A stretch of 64,000 bases of DNA, from contig OZ037771.1 of assembly GCA_964035545.1 (NCBI GenBank), positions 6,791,190 to 6,855,189 on the forward strand, given 5' to 3'. This DNA comes from Bugula neritina. Taxonomy: Eukaryota > Animalia > Bryozoa. Both the position numbers and the translations under genes were made by a program. This document shows, piece by piece, positions 24,265-36,801 of this stretch. The notes under the pieces are model-generated. The model ran no database searches. It was not told the DNA's origin and worked only from the letters and a program-made list of their open reading frames with translations. How positions within the stretch are numbered: the stretch's first letter is position 1; every line of letters begins with the position of its first letter.

Positions 24265-27200
24265 TTAGCCATCATCGTCTTCTAATAGCCTCTTCTCTGT
24301 ATAGCCTCGGAGTCTGCCGTCTACACCATATTTGGCAACTATAAGCTGAGATGCTACTAATAGTAAAAACATGGCAAGGAAACCTATCAAAAGGATGTAC
24401 ATCAACGTCATGGGCCCAGTGAGTTTAAAAAGAGAAGTCACTAAAGTTGGTTCAACCAGGACTCCAGCACACTCCCCCATTGTCAGGACCACTAACACAT
24501 AGGTGTCATCTGTAATATATTAGCAATGTTATTAGATAGTTAGTTATGCAGCTATATAACAGTGACTTTATGTGCTAAAAAAATTAGTAATAAATAAACA
24601 GCATTGTATTTTCTTAAGCTACAATGCTGGTCTCACCCGGTAAATGGTTAGCAGCCCAGGAGAAAACTGCACCAGTTGTAGTAGAATAGGCAAGGCCGAG
24701 AACTGCTGTGAATATCCAAAGGACTGCTGCAGAGTGAGCACTGAATATTGTTAGGAAAATGGCTCCTATGATGCCAATAATAATGTCTATCAGTAAGATC
24801 TGGAAGGAGGATAAATGCTTTGCTATCCAAATTCCTAAAATATAAAACATAGCAACAGATTCCAATGATATGCATTTTCTTTTTACACAACGCAGTGTAT
24901 TGTAATGTGTAAGGCAGGATTTATCTTAAAGCCAGTATTTATTCAAACTAATCATGTTTATGTTTATGTTTGTCTATTTAAAAAGAACTCTGTGTGGTCT
25001 ACTTCTAGCCTCAATCACTAGTCTTTTTATAATTTTCTCCCTTTTAAAGCATAGCAATCTGTACATGTGCGGAACATATTTAGTTATCTGGTATGTTTTT
25101 CTGCTTGTATGTCTGGTTTATGACATGTCTATTTTTTTACACAAGTTTATATGACCATATTAGATAAATTTCTATGGAACAGCCGTGGTCTATATGAGGG
25201 GTTAGAGACTTTGCCTAGTAAGTACTAAGTCATGGGCTCCAGCCCAGACAAAGGTCATTGGTAATGTTAGGAAGAGCATCCAGTCATAATTGCTCCTATG
25301 CTTCATCTGAATAAGTCTTTAGCCTGATTAAAAAAATCTCTTCGTCAGTGGGTTTCTTACAGAGATGGCGACTATAAACTTGCATGAGATATAAGGTAAA
25401 TTTTTGCAAACCTACCTGCCAGACGACCAAAGCAAAGAAATGTCCAGAAGAGTGATGAGATATAGACCCCTTCTGTCTCTGTAAAGTGGAGAGGACCCAG
25501 CACAGAGAAAGTGGTTATCAGATTACTATACGTCTGCTGAGTTCCAAACTGTAGCAGTGAGAGCATAAACATGAAGATGAGTGTTAACGAGAGGGGTGCT
25601 GAACAGTCTCTAAATGAGATTGAGTCAGACTGAGAACTGCCAGATTTAGTATTTCTTATGGGAAGACCACTTCTACGGTGCTGAATACAGAACAATGTTG
25701 CTGGTATGCAGGAGATAACTCCCATTATTATGTAATAGAAGTAGACATGCGTCTTTGTGAACTCTTCCTCCAAGTCTGAAGGTATGGTAGGCTGTTCACC
25801 AAAGCTAGTGTTGTGTAACTGTCTAGGAGTTGTATTAGATAAGAGTATGGGAGGCATTTCGGCCAAAACACTTGTGTAGCTATAAATATAATTAACACAT
25901 TGATATGAAGTTACTGGCTATATGATTCCATATAAAACTAAACTAAAATATTAACCGATAACAGAAATATTTTTTATATAATTGCAGCTTTCACCAACAT
26001 TAATTTCAATATGCAATTAAATTTCTCCAGTATGCTTACTTTTGAGGTAATGTTTCATTTAATTGAGATTTATCTGTATGCCATGTTGTCTGTTTTACTC
26101 TATGGCTATTGGTTGAGTCAGCAAGAAAAGGTCGGGCTATGAAAGGTCCACATATGCTGCCTACAGACACTCCTAAACACACAGCCTGTAGGTACATACC
26201 ATTCCGTTTCCTTCCACCAAGTCGAATTGATATGCAAAAGACTCCTATCAAGAACATCAACACCTTTTATGAGTTACAAGTCGGCTTTTCTAATAGCTTT
26301 CTCTCTTCCTTCCTGTTTATTATTTTCATAAATCAAATCAGATTAACAATGATGAAACAATAAGTATTCTGCTAGAGCTGTTACTCATCTTTGAGATCAT
26401 TAAATGATGTCTACTAAAATATGTACATACTCAACGTCGCTTCACAAACACTTTTGCTGAAAACTTTAGTACAAATCATACTTTTAAAACATTTTAGGGC
26501 TAATGTAAACGACTTTCTAATTAAAAATAATTAGTAGAACAATCTTAATTATTTAGTTAACAACTAATATAGTCCATATTTTATTGAACAGGTACGATAA
26601 ATAAGCTAGCCACTTTCTAACAGCCTAAAAGTGCTTTCTAAGTTTACTTATAAGAAAGTATAATAAAAATACACTAAAATGCTCATCACTTTTTAAAGCC
26701 TCTTTGTTTTGATAATTAAAAAATTTTTTTTAGGGTGGGGAGGAGGTTGCACTTTTATGACAGCGTACACCCCTTTTATACCGACCGCTGCCATTCTCCT
26801 GCTGACCTGGACAGCAACCTTTATAGCATGTATGCTTTGAGCATAGGCAATACCTTCTCACCAATTTGAGCAATTCCTTCCATGAAGCCTTGTCCAACAA
26901 ACATCAAACACATAACATATACACTCCTGAATGCAGGCACAAGGGCAGTGAAGACAGCTTTTAGAGTCAAACAGACAAACAGAGTAAACTGGTCGTTGAA
27001 TCTACAAAATAGAAATTTTACTCTTTATAATATTATTACCTTCAACCAGAAACATGTAAATAATTTATATGTCTAAATTGTCTGAAACCAGATAATTTAT
27101 GCATATAATATATGATAAATATTTTCTTCTATTTAATGCCACTATTACATAATTTACATTATGGTTTCTTTGTTTGATATGTCATCTGAAGCTACCACAC

Positions 27201-30200
27201 TGCTAGAATATAGCAAAATTGATTTATAAATTTAAAGTTTTATTAATGATATTATGTATTTTCACTTGAATAAGGTGTTAAGAATGCCAGCTCAGCAAAT
27301 ATTAAAAGCTAAAGATTCTTTGATTAAGTTAAATTTCTAATTTGGGCTAAAAATCAAAAAATCACTAATAGATATTGTAGCTATGTAGTATGTATACAAC
27401 TACTCGGATAAAATAAAGTTTTACTCAAGCTCAATGTTGTTTATTTTTATAGCTGAAAGTTACTATTACTATAACTTGTAACAAATGACACTTCTTTTAG
27501 CTCAATCAACTTGATACTAACAAGTGCACCATATAGTTTAAACATAAAACTGGGTACAAGCTTGACTTTCAACAGTTAGATATATCTGCCCAGTACCATA
27601 AACTACATACATGAAAAATAGACAGTGGAAACAAAATTATGGAAGATGCCAAGCATAGCACCTATTCAAGAATGTACCCTAAAAATGCTAAATATTAAAT
27701 ATTATTACATACTATATTTTATTATATACTCTATATTGTTATATACTTTGTATTATTATATACTATATAATTATTATTATATACTTTATATTGTTATATA
27801 CTTTGTATTGTTATATACTATATATTATTATAAACTATATATTATTATATACTATATATTATTATATACTATATATTATTATACATATTACAATTGACAT
27901 ATAAAACAATAAACAACTTTGATAGAAAAAAAAGATTTGTATCTCACTATTTTGTTAAAATGGCTCTTAAAAAATTCCTATAACATCAATGTTGATATTA
28001 CTATATTATATTAATTAAATAGAACAATTGATAGCTTAGATTAGGAGAAAATTGATAAATTATCTTAATTTGCTGTGAAAGAAAAGAATGACCTGTAAAA
28101 GCTATGCAGCCTGTGGTCCTGGTTTATGTTCATCACGGGTGCAGGGGGAGACCACTCCTCTAACATTATATAAATTGTAAGCAAAAATAACAACACATTT
28201 TTCTACTACAATTACAGTTTATAGCTTCATATCACAGATTTATATGCTTAACTGTTATATCTATGCAATATTGTATATATTTAATATTAAGACTAATCAC
28301 GGATATCAACTTTAAGTATTACATTATATATATTACCCTAACATTTTAGAGGAAATTATAATTCCTACAGCATGTGACTTATTAAATACACTGAGCAATA
28401 AGTTACTTAATATTATCTTTTTGAATTTCTGATCGCTTACCTAGCGAGATGATAATAATTAATAACCAAAATAAATCATATTGGTTTTTAATTTAAAAAT
28501 TCTTTTTATTCTTGCTATGTCTAAGAGTTATTAAACTTTAAAATTGCTGGTTTAATGCCCCACAGCTATATAAGCTATATTTTAGTTTTGATAGTTAATC
28601 TTAAAATGACTAAGATTAGTTAATTACTTAATTAATTAGTTGTTATATGTAACCCAAACATATTCATTCCATTTAAGTACACTAAAGTGTCATATTTCCA
28701 GACGTCTAGTATTTAGGCTGTCTGTAATATGCATATTTCTATACTTATAGATGTATAATTACTGTTTATTTGTACTAGAAAATACCCATACTTACTCTTT
28801 GTAAAGAATTTTTGCAAGGAGACAAGAAACCAGGAAACCAACAGACTGCGATGCAAACAGCCAAGCCCCTTGTTCTAGAGAAATGGAAGCTACCTGCATC
28901 AAGTCTATCAGAGTTGGACCCACAGAGTTGAACACCAGACCCTGGAACACAGAACTGTAATGAGGGAACAATTTATTCTGTTATTATTTTGGGTGCAACA
29001 TTCATACCGAACATCAGGTTTTACTAGAATGCTACGACTGTTAAAAATAAATATTAAAAGAGAAACAGTGTGTGTCTATAACTCACTCGACTGAAAAAGG
29101 CTAAATTACAAGTGATAAGCTGAAAGAACACTTGTCCAGTAAGTGTGTCACTTTCCATGTCACTGTCATCACCCTGACCTTCTGTTGGCTCACTTTCTAT
29201 TGTCTCATATCTTTCATTTGACTTCTGGAAGCAAAAAAAATAATATTGTAGTCTATTAGTCTCAGCTACTGAGATATTTGCAATTTGTTAGTTGGTTAAC
29301 ATTGCTGCCCAAGTAATGTTATATAGCTGACGTTGATGTGGCAGCCAATAACGATCCGCCATTAAAAGATATAGTATGTGCTTATGAATAATATGCCACA
29401 TATATCTTTAGGAATAAAAACTAATCTTGTGATTGTAATTATGGAAAAAAACACACTTTTGTGTCATTGCTGAAATTGAGAGGCTATATTAGGCCTGTAG
29501 TAATTGAGTCATGGCAAAATATTCCCACTTTATTTTAAAACGAGATCAATTTATTATATACTAGAATATTATAATGTATCCTAATATATAATATATAATA
29601 ATATATTATATATTAATCTTATTGTTGATTATTATTGTGTTAAAAAACATATTTTAAAACAAATAATGCTTTTACTTAAATGAAGAATACTCTAGTCAAT
29701 AGAAAAGAAGGCTGATGGTTTTTTCCAACCAAAATGTGCAAAGTCACAACAGGTTACCATGAAATAAGCTGCCAAATATACAATTCTTCAAGATCACATT
29801 TGCCCAACAAGCTTTTATGTATACTTTACCAGAATAGCATAGGATTTGGGTCTCATTATTGTCAACATGACTAATAGCATTCCAACGCCCTTCTCTAGGT
29901 CATTGGGATGCTATCAGTTAGTGAGCTGCTCAAATTTATTTGCAAGGCCCTCAAAAGCTGTAGATAGCTGCTTTAAAAAATATTTTAACTTTACCATCAC
30001 AGTTGTCAAATTTAATAGATGTGTGCTCTTTCATTTTTCAAATGTGGTCAAGCTTCATTAATTCTCAGCACATGCATGGAATAAATTGTCAACAAACCAA
30101 ACTTATCCAGTCAGTTTACGGAACACTGATTTTGTAAGCTGTAAATAATATATAGCAATCAAACTAGTGTGATGAATAAAATCTATCTAGTTTTAGCTAG

Positions 30201-32949
30201 ATTTAAGTACAACTAGTTGAAAGCAGTATTAGTCAATTCATCTAATCTATAATTCATAAGATTATAAACTTCTTTACCACAAAAGTAGTTAAAAAGAGCT
30301 AAAAAAAATTTATTATTTTGTTTGTGTAACTCAATCAATTTAAGCTACTTTTTAGCAAACCGTAGGGTTTTAGTATGCACCTCCTGACCCTGTATTGAGC
30401 TTTTAACTAAATTAATATGTGTAGTAATATTATAATATAATAGATATATTATTTAGACAAATCTAATAAAATTGTCAGCTATTGGTAATTGACTTAGCTA
30501 ATTGTAACAACATGATAAGAGAACTGCTGGCTGCTTAAACATTGTTACTCAGTAAGTAATATTACATTAAACTTAAAAACTGAGCAAGTTTTGTCATAGA
30601 AACTTTTTTATTTATGTTTGATATCCATGCAATGTATTTAATACAAGAGCATTTAAGCTTATTGTAGCGTGAACTAGCAGTGTAACTGGAGCTAACATTT
30701 TACAAATTCGGTGAATATTTTCGAGATCCAAGATAAAGATAACACTTGTTAGAAATATGTACATTTGTGTACAAATTGTTGAAAACTTGCTATACTTGTA
30801 CCTGATTAAATTGAATTCCTGAGAGTTTTAAAATAAGTTAACAAAATTTTAGAATAGATTGAATAAAAGATGGTGAAATTTATTACGAATATTTCCCCAA
30901 AAACAAGAGCAGCTTGCTCGTGTGTAGGCAAGAATTTACCGCCTACGTTGATGTCCCTTTATTACTCGACTGTTTAAAAGCAATATGGACCAGAGACTAC
31001 ACATTCTAATTATTGCAGAATGCATTAGAATACAGCTATAAAGATATAGGAGTATAAGTTTAAATCAGCACCCAAAGATATTAATGTATCGTTTACCTGC
31101 AAAATTCACCTGTAACAACTAAGAAGTTTTATTGGGTAGAGTTTTCACTAATGAATAAATGAGAAAGTTGGTGGTAAATTTGAGTTTGAAAATGGGCAGT
31201 TCTCTTGGTAAAAATTTTGCTTTATAAAGAATTTTGGAAATTCTTTTTAAAGATTCTTCAATAGTTTGTCTGCTTCAGCGAGGAGTGAGTTGTTTGTTTT
31301 TGCTTTTGTTTTTTGCGCCAGTATATCTGCTGGGTTTCATCCCAGATAAACGCTTCCCAGTTAGACGCTATTTTTATTTTGGTACAACACAATATATAGT
31401 AATATACCTATATATGCTTATATACAGTAACTGTTGTATTAATTGCCAAACATGAAAAAATAGTTAATATAAATTATCTGGAATAACATTCCAATTTTCA
31501 CGGATTTGTGTGGAACAAAAAGACAGTAATACATTAATAATAGACACTATAATCTTTGATGCATGAATACTTTTTAATGAATTTTGTTTTCAAGCAAAAA
31601 GTATAGAAAAGACAAAGTTAGTGAAAATCAAAGGAATTCATTTATGAGCCAAATAACAAACAATTAACCCAAATTTATTTAGATATACGTATATTTCAAT
31701 AACATTCAAATAAATTGCACATATAAATTACATTATACATTGTACTAAGATAAATAAATAAATAACCATCTAACTGGAAAATTTAGCATAGCGTCTAACT
31801 GGGATGACATCATCTGCTGGCCGTTCTATAGAGCTTAATAACACCAACCAATCTTAGCATAATTATATAATACATGCTCTCAGTAATACTATCTATATAT
31901 CTAGATGATGCCATACAAACCTTGTTGAACTAAATAGGTTTATAACTTTACTAGATAACTAATGGGTTGAATAGCAGTGATCAGATTCAGCAAATGTTGA
32001 AACCTGATTATTCTTCACACATTAATTGTCACAAATAAGACGTCTATCTGGTAATCTGAATAAATTGCTACGTATGTCTAATTTCTGAAAGTCGTTCATC
32101 CATGCTCGAAAATTAAAAACCCGATTGCTATGCTCTAATTGAAAACTACAGTATACTTTCAAGTAATGATAATAGTATAGATTAGAGAAGCGTTATCATT
32201 TAAGCACTAAAGCGTATGTTTTCTGAAATTCATCTGAAGCTGAGAATGCAAAGGATAGCAATTAGAGTGATGAGGGAGGATAGAATTAAAAATGAGTGCA
32301 TCTAGAAAGCAATCAGTGTGGAAAGTGATCTTAAAGTAAGTGTAGTGTTGCGATTACACAATAGCCCTTGCGGTGTAGTGGTTACCACGCCAGCTTGCAA
32401 GCCAGAAGTCAGCGGCTCGAATCTCGGCAGGGGCAAAATATTTTACTGCGAGGTTGAGATCATACAAACTGAAGTGGTATGGTCATGTGTTGAAAAGAAA
32501 TGAAGACCATGTGAGAGAAAATAGTTATAGAAGAGTTTGTTAGGAGGAAGAGAGAACAAACTAAGAAAGGGTTAATTAACTCTGCAGAAAAAGATGTGAA
32601 AGAGCTAGCACTAAGGATAGAGGATGACTTGAAAAAGGTAGTACTGAGAGTAGAAAATGATATAAAGTAGTTAAGATAAAGGGTAGAAAACAACACGAAG
32701 GAGCTAAGACTAAGGATAAAGGTTGCAAGGAATCGGAAAGCTATAAAGAAAAGCAATTCACCGTGGCTAGTCTGGCAGATAAAAAGTTGAAAGAGGAAGA
32801 ATATATGTTAACTTAAATATTAACTTGATATTTATGAATTTATAAACTTATAATGGGTTTGAGTGAGTCAAGTTTGTAGTATATGCAATTTACATATTTA
32901 ACTTGTAAGATATGTAATATGTAATATGTAATATGTAATATGTAATATG

Positions 32950-33001
<52 letters not shown>

Positions 33002-33016
33002 CATATTAAATATTAC

Positions 33017-33063
<47 letters not shown>

Positions 33064-33212
33064 TATATATACATATATATATATATATATATAGTACAAT
33101 TTAAACTCACAATGATTGGAATCTTTTCTGCACTGTCTTTGCTCTGCTGATTTTCTCTGGTGTCTTGTAAATGATTTTCCTTCATCTCAACATAGTCAAA
33201 CTGAGCAGACAT
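24265..33212 (-). CDS. MFSD4: MFSD4/NaGLT1 (sodium-dependent glucose transporter 1)-like MFS transporter, copy 2 (chimeric A/B, 545 aa)
   Basis: Exons 33212-33111, 29224-29087, 28941-28796, 27001-26862, 26244-26040, 25879-25416, 24834-24637, 24509-24265; 1638 nt open. Motifs GLVFNSVGPTLIDL, GSICGPFIARPFL, YSNLITTFSV and SSLFWTFLCFGRLAG are typical of the MFSD4 (FucP-related) group. The symbol is family-level. Confidence 0.85.
25178..25388 (+). mobile_element. tRNA-derived SINE (family 1), MFS copy 2 intron 6
   Basis: Colinear with 5521-5730 and 62712-62920; duplicated at 38006-38216. Confidence 0.8.
32364..32435 (+). pseudogene. tRNA-like sequence, duplicate of 19718-19789
   Basis: Identical copy within the segmental duplication. 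Confidence 0.65.
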
Positions 33213-36200
33213 TTTTAGCTTCTTCCACAAGCAAAACTTTTTACTAGAAAAAAATTATTTGCTTTAACATTGAAGTAATTTAAAGAAAAATTGACAATAA
33301 ATAGATAAGAGCTGCATTTAGTTTATCAAAAGGTTATGATGGTCATCTCTGATACAGAAATTGAACTCCTTAACCTCTTAAACAAATTATGTTAAAAGAA
33401 CTAACAACCATTAAGTTTAGTGCTGGTACTTACAGAACAGCTGCTGCTTACAGTATATTAGCCAGTTTTACCTGAAAATAATGTTTACCAGTAACCTACT
33501 AATAAATTCCTGACAGCAGATTTTTCAAAAATAAAGCTTATTCCCCGGAAGAGCTGCGACAGTACTGGAGATACAGTGACATTAAGAATATTTTCATTTT
33601 GTACCAAGGGAAAGCTCATATCTTCAGTATTCATAACACTTATACAGCATGCTGAACTAGGTCAGTAGGTTGCTGTATCTGAAAATGTAAATAATCCTAT
33701 CCCTCACTTAGTAACTTTAAGAATACTCGTTCAAGCAGAAAATTTGCCAAAATGAAGGGCAATACACGTGCCATACCGAGGTTTATAGCTATGTTTTCTA
33801 TTTGTCATACTTTCGGTTCTGTTTAGTTTTATTGGCTAAAATAACTGCTATAGCTATATAAGCTATATACACAGTATACTGTGTATTAAAGTATAGTGCA
33901 GTAGGTTTTTTACTGTTCTTCAACAATTCTGCTATAGTTGTAGCACATTTGCTTTTCTGCACATGTTGGTATTAACAAATAACAATTACACTGACACGTT
34001 TTTTATGTATTTTGTTGATGAAATTTCTGTTTATGCAGTGCATTCATTTTTTGATGTGTTTCATTTAGGAATATAAGTCTGCTGTTAAAGTTATCTTTCA
34101 ATTAGTTAGCTGTTGCTATATGGTGAAACTAGCTTTCTGAAAAAACACATTTTCTACAGAATCTACTTTAGCAACCAAGGTCTCGTATGACCTCCAACTT
34201 GCAGGTCACCACGCTAGCTATACGGGTCACTGGGGAACCACAACACCGCAGCCTTTAGACTTATGAATAAGGTATGAACGGAACTTTAACAATTACAGAC
34301 ACATGTCAAGCTCTCACAAGTGAAGCTTTTACAGAGAAAAAATACTACTAGTGCCTGACATAGCAGGAAAATAGTCACCACTAGAGTATATGTGTCGGTA
34401 AATAGGTCAATAATTCAATAGGTCAATAAAGCCTACACCATGGGAAAAGGACTAAAAAGATTGACAACGGCTCCAGAACTGGCCGGTTGGCAGAAATATA
34501 TTGCTATAATGTATAGATGATATAGAAAAATAACAATGATTGATGGTTACATTAAGCTGGCCAACAAGTTGTTGTCAGTATTAATACAGGCTAGTAAATT
34601 GCTCACTTACCCTGAATATATTATACACTAAAATAGGTTATTATTTATCACAGATGCCTATCATTGTCACTGTTTTAAATATGTTTTCAAAACCACCATG
34701 ATCAGATAAATACTGTTACGTAGCAAAACTTAAAGCAGAGCTGTCTAATTACATTTATGTAGTGTAAAAGTTTGCTATTAGGTATACTCAAATACAGGTT
34801 CAAATTGTATACCCATCAAATTAGACTTTATAGCATGTTTTTTGCAGCAATACATCTTCAATTAGTTTACTAGCTGCATGAGCAACACAATTATAAAGCT
34901 GCAACCTAGTGAAAAAATAGGTTAACATTCAGAAAATTTACCACACTAAAGTGTTCCAAAATATATATTTGTCCCCTTATATAATTTATAATATGTGGTT
35001 TAGGGCCATCATTGTGCCTTACATGTTTGTTTTATATTTGGATATTAAATGAGTTACAATAGCACAATCCATGAATGTATAACTACAAGGATTTTATATG
35101 ATTCATCAAATTATAAAAGTCCTCAGTTGTAGTAAAGTAGAAATTAAAGCAGCTGCCGTTTTCTATTTCTTTCAAATTGCAGTTTGTCAACTGTAAATTG
35201 TGTTTATTCATTAAGCTTATATTGTGACATAAAACTAATTCTTTACTATAGCTGATTACATGCATGTTGATAAATTCTAACTGTGATACAAATATCAACA
35301 TTAATGCTGGTTAGTTTCAGTTTAAACACTGAAATGTTTAGATATATATATTAGCGTCCTGATTAAACCTACCTATCAAATCTTCCGGAATAGATCCCGG
35401 AGCTGCACAATAATAGCTATTATAACTTTGGTTAGTATAAAATATGATGTGTATGTCCCTACTGGTAAGTGATTAGTAAACTGGTGCTTATAATACTGCG
35501 ATGAAATGATTATCCTTCATAATTAACTGGTTTTTTTATTAGGTTAATTCCTGGAGATTAGGCTAACTAAATTTCCTTGAGCCTCATCTATATAGCCTCT
35601 GTTACAAAGCTCTGAATCATCCTAGTGACATTCTTTGTATTGCAGAAGCAGCTATAACAAAAGTCTATCATAAAATTTAGGAGTGCAATCAGGTCAATCT
35701 TTATCAAGGAAGCAAATAAAAAAATGGGTGCAAAAAATTATTTCAAAGCTGGGAATGGAATGCAACGCTAAAATTATGACTAACTGATACATGCAGCGCT
35801 TATCTATTTTCTCTTATTTTGATACTGCAAAAATGTCACCGGACTGTCCGTTTTCCTACCCAACATTAACTCAACCCTGCAGCAGTGTGTAAAATGTTCT
35901 TTCACCAACATTATTGGCTACATAATCAATAGCTAGCTTGTCAAAACAGATATTTAGGGTCAATGCTAGTTACTCATTGAGCAGATAACTCTGTTTTGAG
36001 CATACATGGCACTGCAGGCTGAGCTAGACCAAAATAATATCTGTTTATATAGCTTGTTGATTGCATATAATACATAAATATGGCAACAGAATTCCAGCAA
36101 GCTAAATCTAGAGCAGGTCTAATGCATGCAAACTGAATGTTGAAAATGAATAGAGCCATAAAATGTTCGGCCAATGATAAAACGAGGTTGTGTGTGTATA

Positions 36201-36801
36201 TATATAAGCCAGGTTTCAAAGTATCTTAAAATGGGCAAGTTTTCATTCAAAACAAATACTAGGGTTACCATTGTTTTTCCATTGATGATGATTTTATTAA
36301 ATGTCTATCAATAATGTACCAATACATTAAAAAAATTAAAAACAGATTGCTGTAGATTATATATGCTCACTATAAATGAAAGTGTTGGCCTTATATGTAT
36401 ATTTTACTTTAACAGTTCAATTGTTATATTGATAATTTTACAGCTTTGACTATATGAAGTCAATTAAGTTACATACTCGTATTATATGTATTAAAATATT
36501 TATTACTAATAAATAAGAACATGATGCAGCTTATTGTTTATGAAATAGAATGTAAAATTATCAGCCAGTTGAAATGTACAAAAACTAAACTATATATAAA
36601 CAATTTAGGCCTTTTTTGAAAACTAATAACTTACAGTATTTGTTCAAATTAACAACTTCAAGATGAAATAGCAAGAAATCAATAAACTATTTTGCCTTGT
36701 TTAATAAAGTTGTTTACAGTCTGAAAAAATCCTTTCTTTTTTATTATTTACATGTGTTTTATATCAAAACTGAGACATTCACAATTTGTGAGGTTTAGAA
36801 T

